A stretch of DNA of 64,000 bases from an uncultured Spirochaetota bacterium (GCA_963781885.1 CAWAHW010000002.1:224001-288000), one strand, 5' to 3'. Shown: positions 48,551 to 58,248, counted from the first letter of the stretch. Program-made: numbers and translations. The notes: generated by a model not told the origin, from the letters alone.

Positions 48551-49776
48551 GCGGAGGCGGCCTTGCGGCGGGCGCGCTCGATTTTCTCCATCTTGCGGTA
48601 ATACTCGGATTGCTTCTGGATTTCTTCCACGTCGTTGGTGGCGATCTTGTTGTCCGCGAGCACCATGTTCTTGTTCTCGAAGAGCTTGCGGATATAGGGA
48701 TTGCCCTTGTCGCTGGAAAGCCCCACGGTGTTGAGGAGCTCTTTGGGGCCGAGCTGGAAGGTGTACTTCCCTTTCGCGGAGATCGGGATGCGGTTCTTCT
48801 CCAGCTGGAGGAGCAGCGAGTCGTAGAGCCTGCCCAGCGGGTCCTGGATGAGGGTGTTGGCGAGCCTCTTGTACATGTCCCACAGTCTTTCCGCGAGCGT
48901 CGTCGTGATGCGCGTGATGAGCTGCGGCTGGCTCTGGACCATGCGTTCGAAGTTGGCCTTGTTCACCGCCATGAGGCTGCAGTCCTCATTGGCCACCGCG
49001 GAGGCCGAGCGCGGCTTGTTTTCCAACAGCGCCATCTCCCCGAAGATGTCGCCCGTCTTCAGCATGGCGAGCAGAACCTCGTTGTCCTCCACGATCTTCG
49101 TGATCTTCACGACGCCCTTCTGGATGATGTACAGCTCCGTGCCGGGCTCGTTCTCGGAGAAGATCATCGTGTTCTTGGGATACGTGCGGGTGAAGTCGTC
49201 GCTGCCCTTGTCGAGGTAGACCGCCTTCGCATAGGGGTGGATCTTCGCCATGCGCTCCTTGGCCTTGTCGGCGTTGGCGTCGGCGGGGCAGTTCTGGAGG
49301 AACCGGTAGTAGGCGTAGTAGGCCTGGTTGTACTGGCTCTGCCGCGCGTAGTACTCGGCGACCTTGAACAGGTGCGTCGGATCCCCCGCGGCGGTGTTCT
49401 TAAAGGTGAGGCGCGTCAGCGCCTCATCGAGGTAGCGCATCTTGCGCGAGAAGGACTGGATGATCTTGAGCGCGACGGGCGTGTTCCGCTCGATGAGGAG
49501 GCCGTATTGCTCCCGGGCGACCGAAATGAGCGAGACATCCGTGAGGGCGAGCGCGGTTTCGATGTGGCTGTGCGACGACATCGTGGAGATGACGCCGAAG
49601 AAATCGCCGGGCGCGAGGGTGTTGCCGCCCTCCTCCTCGACGACCTCGACCTCCTTGCTGATGCGCACCTTGCCGCTTCGCAGGATGTAGAAGTACTCAG
49701 CCCTCTGCTTGCCCTCGACGATGATGTACGAGTTCTTGTTGAAATTGACAATCGACAGCTGGAGCGGGCTCGCCAT
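48544..49776 (-). CDS. Crp/Fnr-like protein with tandem cNMP-binding domains and a central TPR-like segment
   Basis: GDFFGVIS (domain 1) and GDIFGEMALLENKPRSASA (domain 2). Confidence 0.85.
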   Translation of the reverse strand: MASPLQLSIVNFNKNSYIIVEGKQRAEYFYILRSGKVRISKEVEVVEEEGGNTLAPGDFFGVISTMSSHSHIETALALTDVSLISVAREQYGLLIERNTPVALKIIQSFSRKMRYLDEALTRLTFKNTAAGDPTHLFKVAEYYARQSQYNQAYYAYYRFLQNCPADANADKAKERMAKIHPYAKAVYLDKGSDDFTRTYPKNTMIFSENEPGTELYIIQKGVVKITKIVEDNEVLLAMLKTGDIFGEMALLENKPRSASAVANEDCSLMAVNKANFERMVQSQPQLITRITTTLAERLWDMYKRLANTLIQDPLGRLYDSLLLQLEKNRIPISAKGKYTFQLGPKELLNTVGLSSDKGNPYIRKLFENKNMVLADNKIATNDVEEIQKQSEYYRKMEKIERARRKAASAQ

Positions 49777-49803
49777 TCTTGTTTACCGTCTTGCCTTGGT
49801 ACC

Positions 49804-49832
49804 AGTATAGAGATCGGTTTTTCCGTTGTCAA
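49804..49832 (-). promoter_or_regulatory. Strong sigma70 promoter of the cNMP gene
   Basis: TTGACA-N17-TATACT. Confidence 0.8.
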
Positions 49833-50025
49833 TGTGAAGAGTCCCCCTTGCGCCGCACGATGCCGCCGGCGGGGATGCACGGGGACACCAGGACCGGCGA
49901 ACAGCGTGACGGGGACAGGCGGCGGGGCGCCGGAAGCGCGGCGACCTTTTCACGCGCGGCGATACCGGCCCGCCGGAATGGGGCCGGTAGTCAGGGGGCA
50001 CCCGGTCTGGTATAGTCCGGGGACC

Positions 50026-50598
50026 ATGCATGGGACAGACTCCCGCCTGCGGTGGGAGGAGATATCTCGTCGCCGGATCGCTTCATGCCCCATATTCGAT
50101 GTCTACGCCGCGGAGCGCCGCTCCCCGGGGGGGCAGATGGGGGAGTTCTGGTTCCTGGCCGCGCCCGACTGGGTCACGGTGGTGCCCGTCCTCCGCGGCG
50201 AAGGCGGGGAGGAGAGCTTTCTCATGGTCCGCCAGTACCGCCATGGGGCGGAGACGGTCACGATGGAGTTCCCCGCCGGGCTCGTCGAATCGGGGGAGGA
50301 CCCCCGCGACGCGGCCCGTCGCGAGCTTCGCGAGGAGACCGGGTACGGCGCGGGCCGGCTCGTGCTCCTCACCACGCTGCTGCCGAACCCCGCATTCATG
50401 ACGAACCGCTGTTTTACTTTCCTTGCCGAACAGCTCGCGCCGGATGGCCCTCCGACTCCTGACACCCTGGAATACCTCGACCATCGCCTGCTACCCGTCG
50501 GCGACGTGGAGGCCGCGATGGGCACGGGCGAGCTCGTGAACGCGTTCACCGTCATGGCCCTGCAGTCGTTCCAGCGCTTTCGCGCCGGTGCCGCATGA
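50026..50598 (+). CDS. NUDIX hydrolase (ADP-ribose pyrophosphatase-like)
   Basis: RQYRH, EFPAG...ARRELREETG Nudix box and PNPA. Confidence 0.9.
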   Translation: MHGTDSRLRWEEISRRRIASCPIFDVYAAERRSPGGQMGEFWFLAAPDWVTVVPVLRGEGGEESFLMVRQYRHGAETVTMEFPAGLVESGEDPRDAARRELREETGYGAGRLVLLTTLLPNPAFMTNRCFTFLAEQLAPDGPPTPDTLEYLDHRLLPVGDVEAAMGTGELVNAFTVMALQSFQRFRAGAA

Positions 50599-51626
50599 AG
50601 CGCAGGATCAGCACCCCCCTGAAGATCGCCATCGAGGTGGCGCTCCTCGCCGCCCTCGTGATCCTGTTCATCGTCGTCGTCGACCCAAAACAGTTCCGTG
50701 GCTATCTCCTGCGGATCACCATCTCTTCCATTCTCGGGCTGCTGGCGTTCCAGTTCTCCATTCACATCGTCGGTGCCCTCCAGTGGACCGTCCTCCTGCG
50801 TCAATCGGGAATCCGCAAGAGCATCTGGCATGTCTTCTGGGCCCGCTTGTCGGGCTGCGCCATCACGTCCCTGACCCCGTCCGCGTACTTCGGCGGCGAG
50901 CCGGTCCGCGCGGCGATCCTCAAGGACGAGACGATGAGCTACCAGAGGATCTTCGCGACCATCGCCGTGGACAAGTACATCGAGCTGTTCACGAAGTTCC
51001 CCATCGCGGTGCTCGGCTTCGCTTTCCTCATCTTCCGCGCGCATCCCAGCCGCCCCCTCGTCATCATCTCCGCGCTGTTCGTCGCTTTTTTCTTCGGCAT
51101 CTTTTTCCTGCTCATGGTGCGGCTCTTCCAGGGCGGGGATTTCATCATGCGCTTCTTCAAGCGCATCCTGCGGCCGCTCACGCGCTTCCGCCCCCGGGTG
51201 GCCGTCCGGGTCATCCGTCCCATCCGGGACTTCACCCGCAGCGTCGCCCACCTGATCAAGAGCAAGAAGGCGTTCTACCTCGCGATGTCGCTGGGGCTTC
51301 TTCTCACCGTCGTGGAGCTCTTCCAGTACGCCTACGTGCTTTCCGTGCTCGGCATCTACAGCGTCCCCGACGCGACGATCATCTTTTTCGGGCACGTTTT
51401 CCTGGGAATCTTCAGCTTCATTCCCGGCAACGTCGGGTCGATGGAAGGGGTCTTCCTCACCGTCTTCGCCCTGTTGGGCCTGGGATCGGACAGGAGCCTC
51501 ATCTTTTCGATCATCATGAGAATCGGTCAGGTCGTCATGATCGCGCTGGGGGTCGGCAGTATCGTCGTGTCGCGGATCGCGAAAAGGACCGTGAAAGGCG
51601 CCGATCGGATTCGAACCGATGCATAA
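50595..51626 (+). CDS. Flippase-like membrane protein (lysylphosphatidylglycerol synthase TM domain family)
   Basis: TPS..GGEP and IPG.VG..E motifs; multi-TM. Confidence 0.85.
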   Translation: MKRRISTPLKIAIEVALLAALVILFIVVVDPKQFRGYLLRITISSILGLLAFQFSIHIVGALQWTVLLRQSGIRKSIWHVFWARLSGCAITSLTPSAYFGGEPVRAAILKDETMSYQRIFATIAVDKYIELFTKFPIAVLGFAFLIFRAHPSRPLVIISALFVAFFFGIFFLLMVRLFQGGDFIMRFFKRILRPLTRFRPRVAVRVIRPIRDFTRSVAHLIKSKKAFYLAMSLGLLLTVVELFQYAYVLSVLGIYSVPDATIIFFGHVFLGIFSFIPGNVGSMEGVFLTVFALLGLGSDRSLIFSIIMRIGQVVMIALGVGSIVVSRIAKRTVKGADRIRTDA

Positions 51627-51667
51627 AGGTTTTGCAGACCTCTCCCTTACCTCTTGGGTACGGCGCC
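51596..51667 (-). tRNA. tRNA-Cys (GCA)
   Basis: GGCGCCG acceptor stem, GAGGT-CTGCAAA-ACCTT anticodon arm, ATCGG-TTCGAAT-CCGAT T arm and U discriminator; CCA not encoded. Confidence 0.96.
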
Positions 51668-51701
51668 GTCTGGCCGCCCCGCGGGGGCGGACGTTTCCCG
51701 A

Positions 51702-51730
51702 ACAGTAGCGAAAAAGGGTTTCGCTGTCCA
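51702..51730 (-). promoter_or_regulatory. Putative tRNA promoter
   Basis: TGGACA-N17-TACTGT. Confidence 0.55.
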
Positions 51731-51745
51731 GACTCCGACGTTTTG

Positions 51746-53029
51746 TCAGGCGCGGGCGCGGCGCGCCGCGGCCAGCGCCTCGAAGACGGTCCGCAGGCGC
51801 AGGATGCGGAGGATGAGAAGAGACATGAGCATCTGTGCCAGGGCGAGGATCAGGGGAATGGCGAGCGTGCCTCGCCGTGCATTTCCCCGGCGCCCGGCGG
51901 AGCGCGCGTACATCTGCTCCGTGAGGTCCATGTTATGCGCCCAGTCGAAGGGGCGGACGCGCTCGCGCGCGGCGTTGCACATCTGTTCGTAGGCGTCGTC
52001 CCCGGTCTCGCACAGCTCCCGCACCGCGCGCGCGAACTCCTCCGGCGTCGCATCCCGGGGCAGCCGCCGACCGACGCGATCGTCCACGAGCTGGTCGATC
52101 GTCTCATTGGAGAGCCCCAGCACGGGCGTGCCGGATGCAAGCGCCTCCATGACGGCGAGGCTTTGCACCTCGCGCAGGGAGGCGGATACCCACAGTGACG
52201 TCCGCGCGAGATGCCGGGGCACCTGGGCGTGGTCGAGCCTGCCAGCGAAGGTGACACGACTTCGCAGCGAGGCCTCCATCGAGGCGTCGATGCGCCGGCG
52301 GTACTGGTGGTCGACGTCGTGCCCGATGAGAAGGAGCCGGTAGTCCTCCGGCAGGCAGCGCAGCACGGACACGAGGTATTTCTGGTTCTTGCGCGGGATG
52401 ACGTCGCCCACGAATGTCAGCACCTTCTCCATTTTGCTGATCGGGGTGGGGGAGTGGCCGTCGTACAGCGCGAGGGTGCGGCCGTTGGGGATGATGGAGA
52501 GGCGGCCCCGGTAGCCGATCCCGCGGATGTCCTCCGCCGCGGCGGTGTTCAGCGCCACGACGCCGGTGCAGTGCCGGCAGAAGCTCACGATGTACGTGCT
52601 GGCAAGGACCCGCATGAGCGAGCTCTGGAGGAAGCCGCTCATGTAGCGGATCATGCCCCAGCCGAGTATTTTCGACGGCAGCTCGTGCGCCGTGAAGTAG
52701 AAGGGCACGCCGTTCCAGAATGCCCAGAGCTGCACCATCACCCCGAGAAACCAGGGGGTGTGGGAATGAATGACGTCGGGGTGAAAGGAATCGAGAAAAC
52801 GAAACAACGCGCGTATCTCCCCGCCCGTCATTGCAGGAAGGGTGTAGTCCAGGCTTCGCACCGGATACACCTTGAGCGATGCTCCCGGGGGTAGGACACC
52901 GGCGTCTTTGCCAGGGAAAAGAAGCGTGACGTCATGGCGCTTCGAGAGCTCGACTGCGAACTCGAAGCTCATGCGCCCTTCGCCCCCACCGAACTGCTGC
53001 TCATGCGAGGAAACAACGAGTATCTTCAT
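51746..53029 (-). CDS. GT4 glycosyltransferase (diacylglycerol glycosyltransferase-like)
   Basis: PDVIHSHTP, IPNG, RKNQ and EVQSLAVMEALASGTPV; C-terminal hydrophobic helix. Confidence 0.88.
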   Translation of the reverse strand: MKILVVSSHEQQFGGGEGRMSFEFAVELSKRHDVTLLFPGKDAGVLPPGASLKVYPVRSLDYTLPAMTGGEIRALFRFLDSFHPDVIHSHTPWFLGVMVQLWAFWNGVPFYFTAHELPSKILGWGMIRYMSGFLQSSLMRVLASTYIVSFCRHCTGVVALNTAAAEDIRGIGYRGRLSIIPNGRTLALYDGHSPTPISKMEKVLTFVGDVIPRKNQKYLVSVLRCLPEDYRLLLIGHDVDHQYRRRIDASMEASLRSRVTFAGRLDHAQVPRHLARTSLWVSASLREVQSLAVMEALASGTPVLGLSNETIDQLVDDRVGRRLPRDATPEEFARAVRELCETGDDAYEQMCNAARERVRPFDWAHNMDLTEQMYARSAGRRGNARRGTLAIPLILALAQMLMSLLILRILRLRTVFEALAAARRARA

Positions 53030-53044
53030 GCTTGGCGAATTTCT

Positions 53045-53073
53045 ATCATACGGAAATCCCGGAAGACTGTCAA
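53045..53073 (-). promoter_or_regulatory. Sigma70 promoter of the GT4 gene
   Basis: TTGACA-N17-TATGAT. Confidence 0.8.
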
Positions 53074-53139
53074 TGCGAGCGGGCTCTGCGCCGCGCGGGC
53101 CCGCCGTCAGCGCCGGGTGCATGTGCGGCGGCATTTGAC

Positions 53140-53168
53140 TTGACTTCGCGCGGGGCTGTTCCTATTGT
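53140..53168 (+). promoter_or_regulatory. Sigma70 promoter of the ABC operon
   Basis: TTGACT-N17-TATTGT. Confidence 0.7.
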
Positions 53169-53179
53169 TCCGGCGGGTC

Positions 53180-54376
53180 ATGAGCGGCGCGCAGACCTCG
53201 GCACACAAGGCTTCTTCTCACGTGCGGTCGCTGAAGGGTCGACGTGACAACCTTGCCGCCTTCCTTCTCCTGAGCCCTTCCGCGCTCATCATCGGCGTCT
53301 TCGGCATCTTCCCCCTCTTTTTCACCGCGTATGTGAGTCTCTTCCGGTGGCGTCTGGCGCGCGGAAGGTTCACCGGTTTCGACAACTTCGTCTCCCTGTT
53401 CGGAGCAAGCCCGCTTGCCCTGGCTGCCGTCTGCGCGGCGGTGGCGGGCGCAGCTCTGGCGATATTCCTCCTTCGACGGCGCGGGGCCCGGCGGCGCGGC
53501 CGCGGCGCGGTCGGCGCCATTCTGCTCGCCTTCTCTCTTGGCATTTTTGCCGCGGCGCTTCCGTACCTGGCGGCGCAGGGCGACAAGGAGGTTTTCGACG
53601 CGCTGCGGGTGACCGTCTGGTACTGCGTCTGCACGGTTCCCGTGCAGCTCGTCGCCGGGCTGCTGCTCGCGCTTCTCCTTTCGAGACCCATGAGAGGAAG
53701 ACAGGCATTCCGGGTCATCAGCCTCATGCCCTATATCGCACCGACGGTCGCCACGGCTGCCATCTTCGAGCTTCTCTTCTCCCTGCGGCCCGATTCCTTC
53801 GCCAACCAGGTCCTCCGGGTTTTCGGGATATCCCCCCTGCAATGGCTGGAGGAGCCAAAGGGGATATTCGCCCTGCTCTTCGGCGGCGCAGGGCAGGCCG
53901 GCGCTTCTGGCGTGATTCCGGCATACTGGTCCGCCTGGGCGCAGGGGCCGAGCCTTGCGCTCGTGGCGATCGTCTTCTATAGCTGGTGGGTGTTCGTCGG
54001 CTACTATGCCCTCATCTACATCAACGGGCTGGCCGCCATTCCGCGGCAGCTCTATGAGGCGGCCCAGATGGACGGGGCGGGAAAGCTCAGGAGCTTCTTC
54101 TCCATCACCCTTCCCCTCCTTTCGCCCACCACGTACTTCCTGACCCTTCTGGGGGTCATCGGGACCTTCAAGGCATTCACGCAGCTGTACGTCCTGCGCA
54201 ATCCCGCGGTCGGCTCGGCCGTCGACCCCATCAGCGTGTCCATTTTTTTCACCGCGTTCCGCAAGGGGAACATGGGGTATGCGGCCGCCGTTTCCCTGCT
54301 TCTGTTTGCGATCGTCCTCGGGCTCACCGTGGTCCAGCAGCGCACGGCGGGAAGCCGCGTGAGCTATGGCGACTGA
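53180..54376 (+). CDS. Carbohydrate ABC permease (UgpA-like)
   Basis: LYEAAQMDGA EAA loop and ITLPLLSPTT. Confidence 0.9.
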   Translation: MSGAQTSAHKASSHVRSLKGRRDNLAAFLLLSPSALIIGVFGIFPLFFTAYVSLFRWRLARGRFTGFDNFVSLFGASPLALAAVCAAVAGAALAIFLLRRRGARRRGRGAVGAILLAFSLGIFAAALPYLAAQGDKEVFDALRVTVWYCVCTVPVQLVAGLLLALLLSRPMRGRQAFRVISLMPYIAPTVATAAIFELLFSLRPDSFANQVLRVFGISPLQWLEEPKGIFALLFGGAGQAGASGVIPAYWSAWAQGPSLALVAIVFYSWWVFVGYYALIYINGLAAIPRQLYEAAQMDGAGKLRSFFSITLPLLSPTTYFLTLLGVIGTFKAFTQLYVLRNPAVGSAVDPISVSIFFTAFRKGNMGYAAAVSLLLFAIVLGLTVVQQRTAGSRVSYGD

Positions 54377-55253
54377 GGACACGGGACATGCTCCGCACGC
54401 GGCACGGCCGCATCCACGCCCCACCGCCGGCGGCGTCGCGGTTGTCGTCCTCCTGACGCTTGTGTCATTCCTCTTCCTTCTTCCCTTCCTCTACATGCTG
54501 AGCACGTCACTGAAGACCGTTGGTGAGACGATCATCAGGGTCAATCCATTTCCCTTCCATCCGGAGTTCTGGCCGTCGGTGCCCCAGTGGTCCAACTATG
54601 CGACCGCCTGGACCACGGCGAACTTCAGCCTCTTCTTCCGCAACAGCATCGTCACCGCGGCCCTCACGGTGGCGGGGCTCATGTTCACCTCCGTGCTTGC
54701 CGCCTATGCCTTTGCAAAGATCCAATTCGCCGGTGCGCCTCTGGTCTTCTCCATCTTCATCGCGACGCTCGTCATACCGGAAAGCGTCTATCTCATCCCG
54801 AACTTCATCCTCATCACTCGGCTGGGCTGGTACGACACCCTTGCCGGGCTCACGGTTCCGTTCATGGCAAGCGCCTTTTCCATCTTTCTCCTGCGCCAGT
54901 TCCTCGCGCAGCTGCCCAACGAGCTCTTGGAGAGCGCCCGCATGGACGGGGCGGGCCATCCCCGGCTCCTCCTCTCCATCGTCCTGCCGTTGTCGGCGCC
55001 CCCCCTCTTCACGGTCGCCTTCCTCGCCTTCGTCGGGTCCTGGAACTCCCTCCAGTGGCCGCTGGTCGCCACGCAGACCATGCGCTGGAGGCCCATCACG
55101 GTGGGGCTCGCGACATTCGTCACGGAGGCCGGCCCGCAGAACCAGCTCCGCATGGCCGGCGCGATGATCTCCGTGCTGCCCGTCGTGCTCGCCTATTTCT
55201 TCGCGCAGAAGCAGTTCACCGAGGCCATTGCGAGGAGTGGTATCAAGGGCTGA
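54366..55253 (+). CDS. Carbohydrate ABC permease (UgpE-like)
   Basis: FLLRQF, ESARMDGA and WN..WP motifs. Confidence 0.92.
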   Translation: MATEDTGHAPHAARPHPRPTAGGVAVVVLLTLVSFLFLLPFLYMLSTSLKTVGETIIRVNPFPFHPEFWPSVPQWSNYATAWTTANFSLFFRNSIVTAALTVAGLMFTSVLAAYAFAKIQFAGAPLVFSIFIATLVIPESVYLIPNFILITRLGWYDTLAGLTVPFMASAFSIFLLRQFLAQLPNELLESARMDGAGHPRLLLSIVLPLSAPPLFTVAFLAFVGSWNSLQWPLVATQTMRWRPITVGLATFVTEAGPQNQLRMAGAMISVLPVVLAYFFAQKQFTEAIARSGIKG

Positions 55254-55336
55254 TTTTCCTTATCTTGTGTGCGGGGGATCGCGCGTGCGGAACCCCGCAG
55301 CAAGGGATAAGGCAGGCAATCATGAGGGAGGAGCAC

Positions 55337-56644
55337 ATGAAGAAGTCTCTGCTCGCAGCGGCGCTGCTGTTCGCGGCGTCCGCGCTCTTCGCGCAGGGCA
55401 AGGATCTGGCGGGGGTGGACCCGACAGGGGCGGCGATCAACTACTGGTTCCAGTTCTCCGGGGCGAGCGGCGACGCGATGCAGAAGATGATCGCCGACTT
55501 CAACGCGACCAACGCCCAGAAGATCACCGTCACGGGCACCTACCAGGGCCCCTACGACCAGGTCTACAACAAGATGCTCGCGGCCATCGCGGCGAAGAAC
55601 CCGCCCGAGCTTGTCGTCGCCTACCAGAACCAGGCCGCCACCTACGCGGTCAACGACGCCCTTGCGGACATGAACGTGTACGTGAAGGATCCGAAGTGGG
55701 GCCTCGGCGCGGACATCAGCGACTTTTTCGCCGGTTTCATCAACCAGGACGTCAACGCCCAGTTCGGCGGCAAGCGCCTGGGATTCCCGCCCAATCGCTC
55801 CCTGGATGTCCTGTACGTCAACATGAGCCTCCTGAAGTCGGTCGGCATCACCGCCCCGCCGAAGACGTGGGATGAGTTCACCGTCGACTGCCGGAAGGTG
55901 ACGAACAAGGACACGGGAACCTACGGCTACGCGGTGGACAATCTTGACGCCTCCAACGTCTTTGCGTTCCTCATCTCGCGCGGGGGCGACTTTGCCCGGC
56001 CCGACGGGAAGGGGTACACCCTGAACACCCCCGTCATGAAGACGACGATGCTGTACGTCGCCGGGTTGGTGAAGCAGGGCTACGCCCGGCTCATCCCCAA
56101 GAAATACGACGATCAGAACGATTTCGGCAACGGCCTGGTGGCATTCACGACCGGTTCGACCTCCGGCTATGCCTACTACGCGGCGGCGGTGAAGGCGAAC
56201 AAGAACGGCCCCTTCGACTGGGCCGTCGCACCGATCCCCCAGGCGACAGCAACGAACGCGCCGGCGATGAACCTGTACGGTGCGAGCGTGAGCATCCCGA
56301 AGAGCACGCCCCCGCGGCAGCTCGCCGCCTGGCTTTTCATCAAATGGTTCTCCGAGCCGAAGCAGCAGGCCGCCTGGACCCACGTCACGCATTACTTCCC
56401 CGTCCGCCGGGCCGCCGAGCCGCTCATCAAGGATCTCCTGGACAGCGACCCGACCTTCGCGGCCGCGTGGTCTCTCCTGAAGACCGCGACGCTGAAGACA
56501 GAGCCTCCGTATGCCGGGTACGACCTCGCGCGCGACGCGGTGGTCGCGGCGTACACCGCCGTGCTCAACGGCGGGGACCCCGATGCGGCGCTCGCCGCCC
56601 TGCAGACCAAGGCCGACAGGATTTTCCAGGACTCCGCCCCCTAG
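55337..56644 (+). CDS. ABC substrate-binding protein (UgpB-like)
   Basis: Signal peptide; YQGPY, PPKTWDE, AAWLFIKW and YFPVR; GGAGGAG SD. Confidence 0.9.
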   Translation: MKKSLLAAALLFAASALFAQGKDLAGVDPTGAAINYWFQFSGASGDAMQKMIADFNATNAQKITVTGTYQGPYDQVYNKMLAAIAAKNPPELVVAYQNQAATYAVNDALADMNVYVKDPKWGLGADISDFFAGFINQDVNAQFGGKRLGFPPNRSLDVLYVNMSLLKSVGITAPPKTWDEFTVDCRKVTNKDTGTYGYAVDNLDASNVFAFLISRGGDFARPDGKGYTLNTPVMKTTMLYVAGLVKQGYARLIPKKYDDQNDFGNGLVAFTTGSTSGYAYYAAAVKANKNGPFDWAVAPIPQATATNAPAMNLYGASVSIPKSTPPRQLAAWLFIKWFSEPKQQAAWTHVTHYFPVRRAAEPLIKDLLDSDPTFAAAWSLLKTATLKTEPPYAGYDLARDAVVAAYTAVLNGGDPDAALAALQTKADRIFQDSAP

Positions 56645-56661
56645 TACGCGATCAGCGCCCG

Positions 56662-56693
56662 AGGCGGCACTCCCCGTGGGGTGCCGCCTTTTT
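56662..56693 (+). terminator. Intrinsic terminator
   Basis: AGGCGGCACTCC-CCGT-GGGGTGCCGCCT followed by a T tract. Confidence 0.85.
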
Positions 56694-56761
56694 GATGCGG
56701 CCGCCGAATCGGCGGCATTCTTGTTTCATCCGCCGTCCACCCGTGATAAACTCCCTGCCAT

Positions 56762-58195
56762 ATGTTGAAAACCCCGCGTGGCGTGAGCTCCGGTCTTCCG
56801 TTCCTTCTTCCCGCAAAGAACCCATGGCTCCTGAGGCTGGCCCGCCTGGGATCGTGGCTTTACGTCCGCATGGGCAACCACGTGCGGCGCGAAGAACTTT
56901 TCGGCATCGAACGCCTTGTGCGGGCCTACCAGGGCATGCAGGAAGGAACCCTGCGTCTCATCGTCGCTTTCCGCCATCCCGGCGTGGAGGACGGCACGGT
57001 GGTCTTCCGTCTGATGTGCGGCATCGTGGGGCGGGAAGCCCGCCGCCTGGGAATCCAGCTGCGCCGACCGCCGCGGGGGTACTTCCTCTTCGGGCGCGAC
57101 GTGCCCCTCTGGGCGGGCGGCTTTCTCTCCTGGATGCTGCCCCTGCTCGGTGCCATCTCCGTGTACCCCGGGCGCTTCGAGGCGCAAAGCATCAACACGA
57201 TACGCCGCTATGTCGCCGACATGCCGCACCCGGTCGCCCTGGCCCCCGAGGGGCAGGTCACCTACCACAACGAGCGGGTCGCGGCGCTGGAATCCGGCAC
57301 CGCGCAGTTCGCCTTCTGGTGCGTGGAGGAGATGAAGAAGCAGTCCCGCAACGAACGCGTCGTGATCGTGCCGGTGTGTACGAGCTACCACTACGACCCG
57401 CGCGATTGGAAAGGGCTGCTCGCCCTGCTCGCGAAGATAGAGCGGGAATGCGGCCTCGACCCGCTGGACTCCCTGACCCCGCGGGCCAGCCGCCGGGACC
57501 GCATGCCGCCGGATGCCGAGGCGCGGGAAAAGATACACGTCCGCGTCATGCGGATCAGCCGGCACCTCGTCGACGTCGCGGAGGACTTCTATCGGCGTTT
57601 CTACGGCGTCGCGTTCCCGCCGCCCAAGGAGGAGGAGAGGCCCGCGGACCTGCAGGCCCGGCTGCGCGGCGTGTGCGAGGCGGCCCTTGGCACGGCGGAG
57701 AGCTACTTCCAGGTCAGGCCGCGCGGCGATTTCGTCCAGCGCGTGCAGGCCGTGCGCATGGCGGGTCTGGCCCGGATCTACCGCGACGACATCGCGGACG
57801 TCGACGCCCTGTCCGGCGTCGCGCGCGCGCTGGGGGACAGGATCGCCCAGGAGAGCTGGCTGCGCCTGCGCCACATGGAGCTCGTCGACGTCCTGGAGTA
57901 CGTGCGCGCCGATTATCTGCAACCGGACTCGGGATTCGACCGTTTCGTGGAGTCCATCACGAATCTCTGGGACGTCGTGAACAGGCTGGAAGGCGGCAAT
58001 GTCTCGGGTCGCATCAACCCTTTTGCCAAGACGGCGCGCATCGTGGTGAACGAGCCCATCGAGGTCTCGCGCCGCTGGGAGGAATACCGGGGCGACAGGC
58101 GGCGGGCAGTGGCATCCCTCACCCAGGAAATCCTCGCCAGTTTCCGCGCCGTCGCCGAGCACGGCAACATGCCCGCGGATGGCAGAGGCGTTTGA
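56762..58195 (+). CDS. Glycerolipid acyltransferase (PlsC/LPLAT superfamily, long form)
   Basis: FRHPGVED (HX4D) and APEG motifs. Confidence 0.8.
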   Translation: MLKTPRGVSSGLPFLLPAKNPWLLRLARLGSWLYVRMGNHVRREELFGIERLVRAYQGMQEGTLRLIVAFRHPGVEDGTVVFRLMCGIVGREARRLGIQLRRPPRGYFLFGRDVPLWAGGFLSWMLPLLGAISVYPGRFEAQSINTIRRYVADMPHPVALAPEGQVTYHNERVAALESGTAQFAFWCVEEMKKQSRNERVVIVPVCTSYHYDPRDWKGLLALLAKIERECGLDPLDSLTPRASRRDRMPPDAEAREKIHVRVMRISRHLVDVAEDFYRRFYGVAFPPPKEEERPADLQARLRGVCEAALGTAESYFQVRPRGDFVQRVQAVRMAGLARIYRDDIADVDALSGVARALGDRIAQESWLRLRHMELVDVLEYVRADYLQPDSGFDRFVESITNLWDVVNRLEGGNVSGRINPFAKTARIVVNEPIEVSRRWEEYRGDRRRAVASLTQEILASFRAVAEHGNMPADGRGV

Positions 58196-58220
58196 CAAAA
58201 CCCGCCAGGATGTCCATACT
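58192..58220 (+). promoter_or_regulatory. Sigma70 promoter of the microprotein gene
   Basis: TTGACA-N17-CATACT. Confidence 0.75.
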
Positions 58221-58248
58221 CTGCGCATCGGCGGGGGGGGGAAAAAAA

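Noticed and set aside
46070-48883. Long antisense or alternative-frame ORFs (also 9890-11449, 13451-15100, 38763-40253, 36506-38032 and others)
   Set aside because: These are shadow ORFs of real genes, expected in high-GC DNA, with Arg/Ala/Pro/His-rich sequence and no motifs.
49833-50010. CRP box or ncRNA upstream of the cNMP gene
   Set aside because: Only a TGTGA half-site is present and there is no recognisable structured RNA.
51596-51667. Genomic island integrated at tRNA-Cys
   Set aside because: There is no integrase, no duplicated tRNA end that I could find in the window, and no compositional shift.
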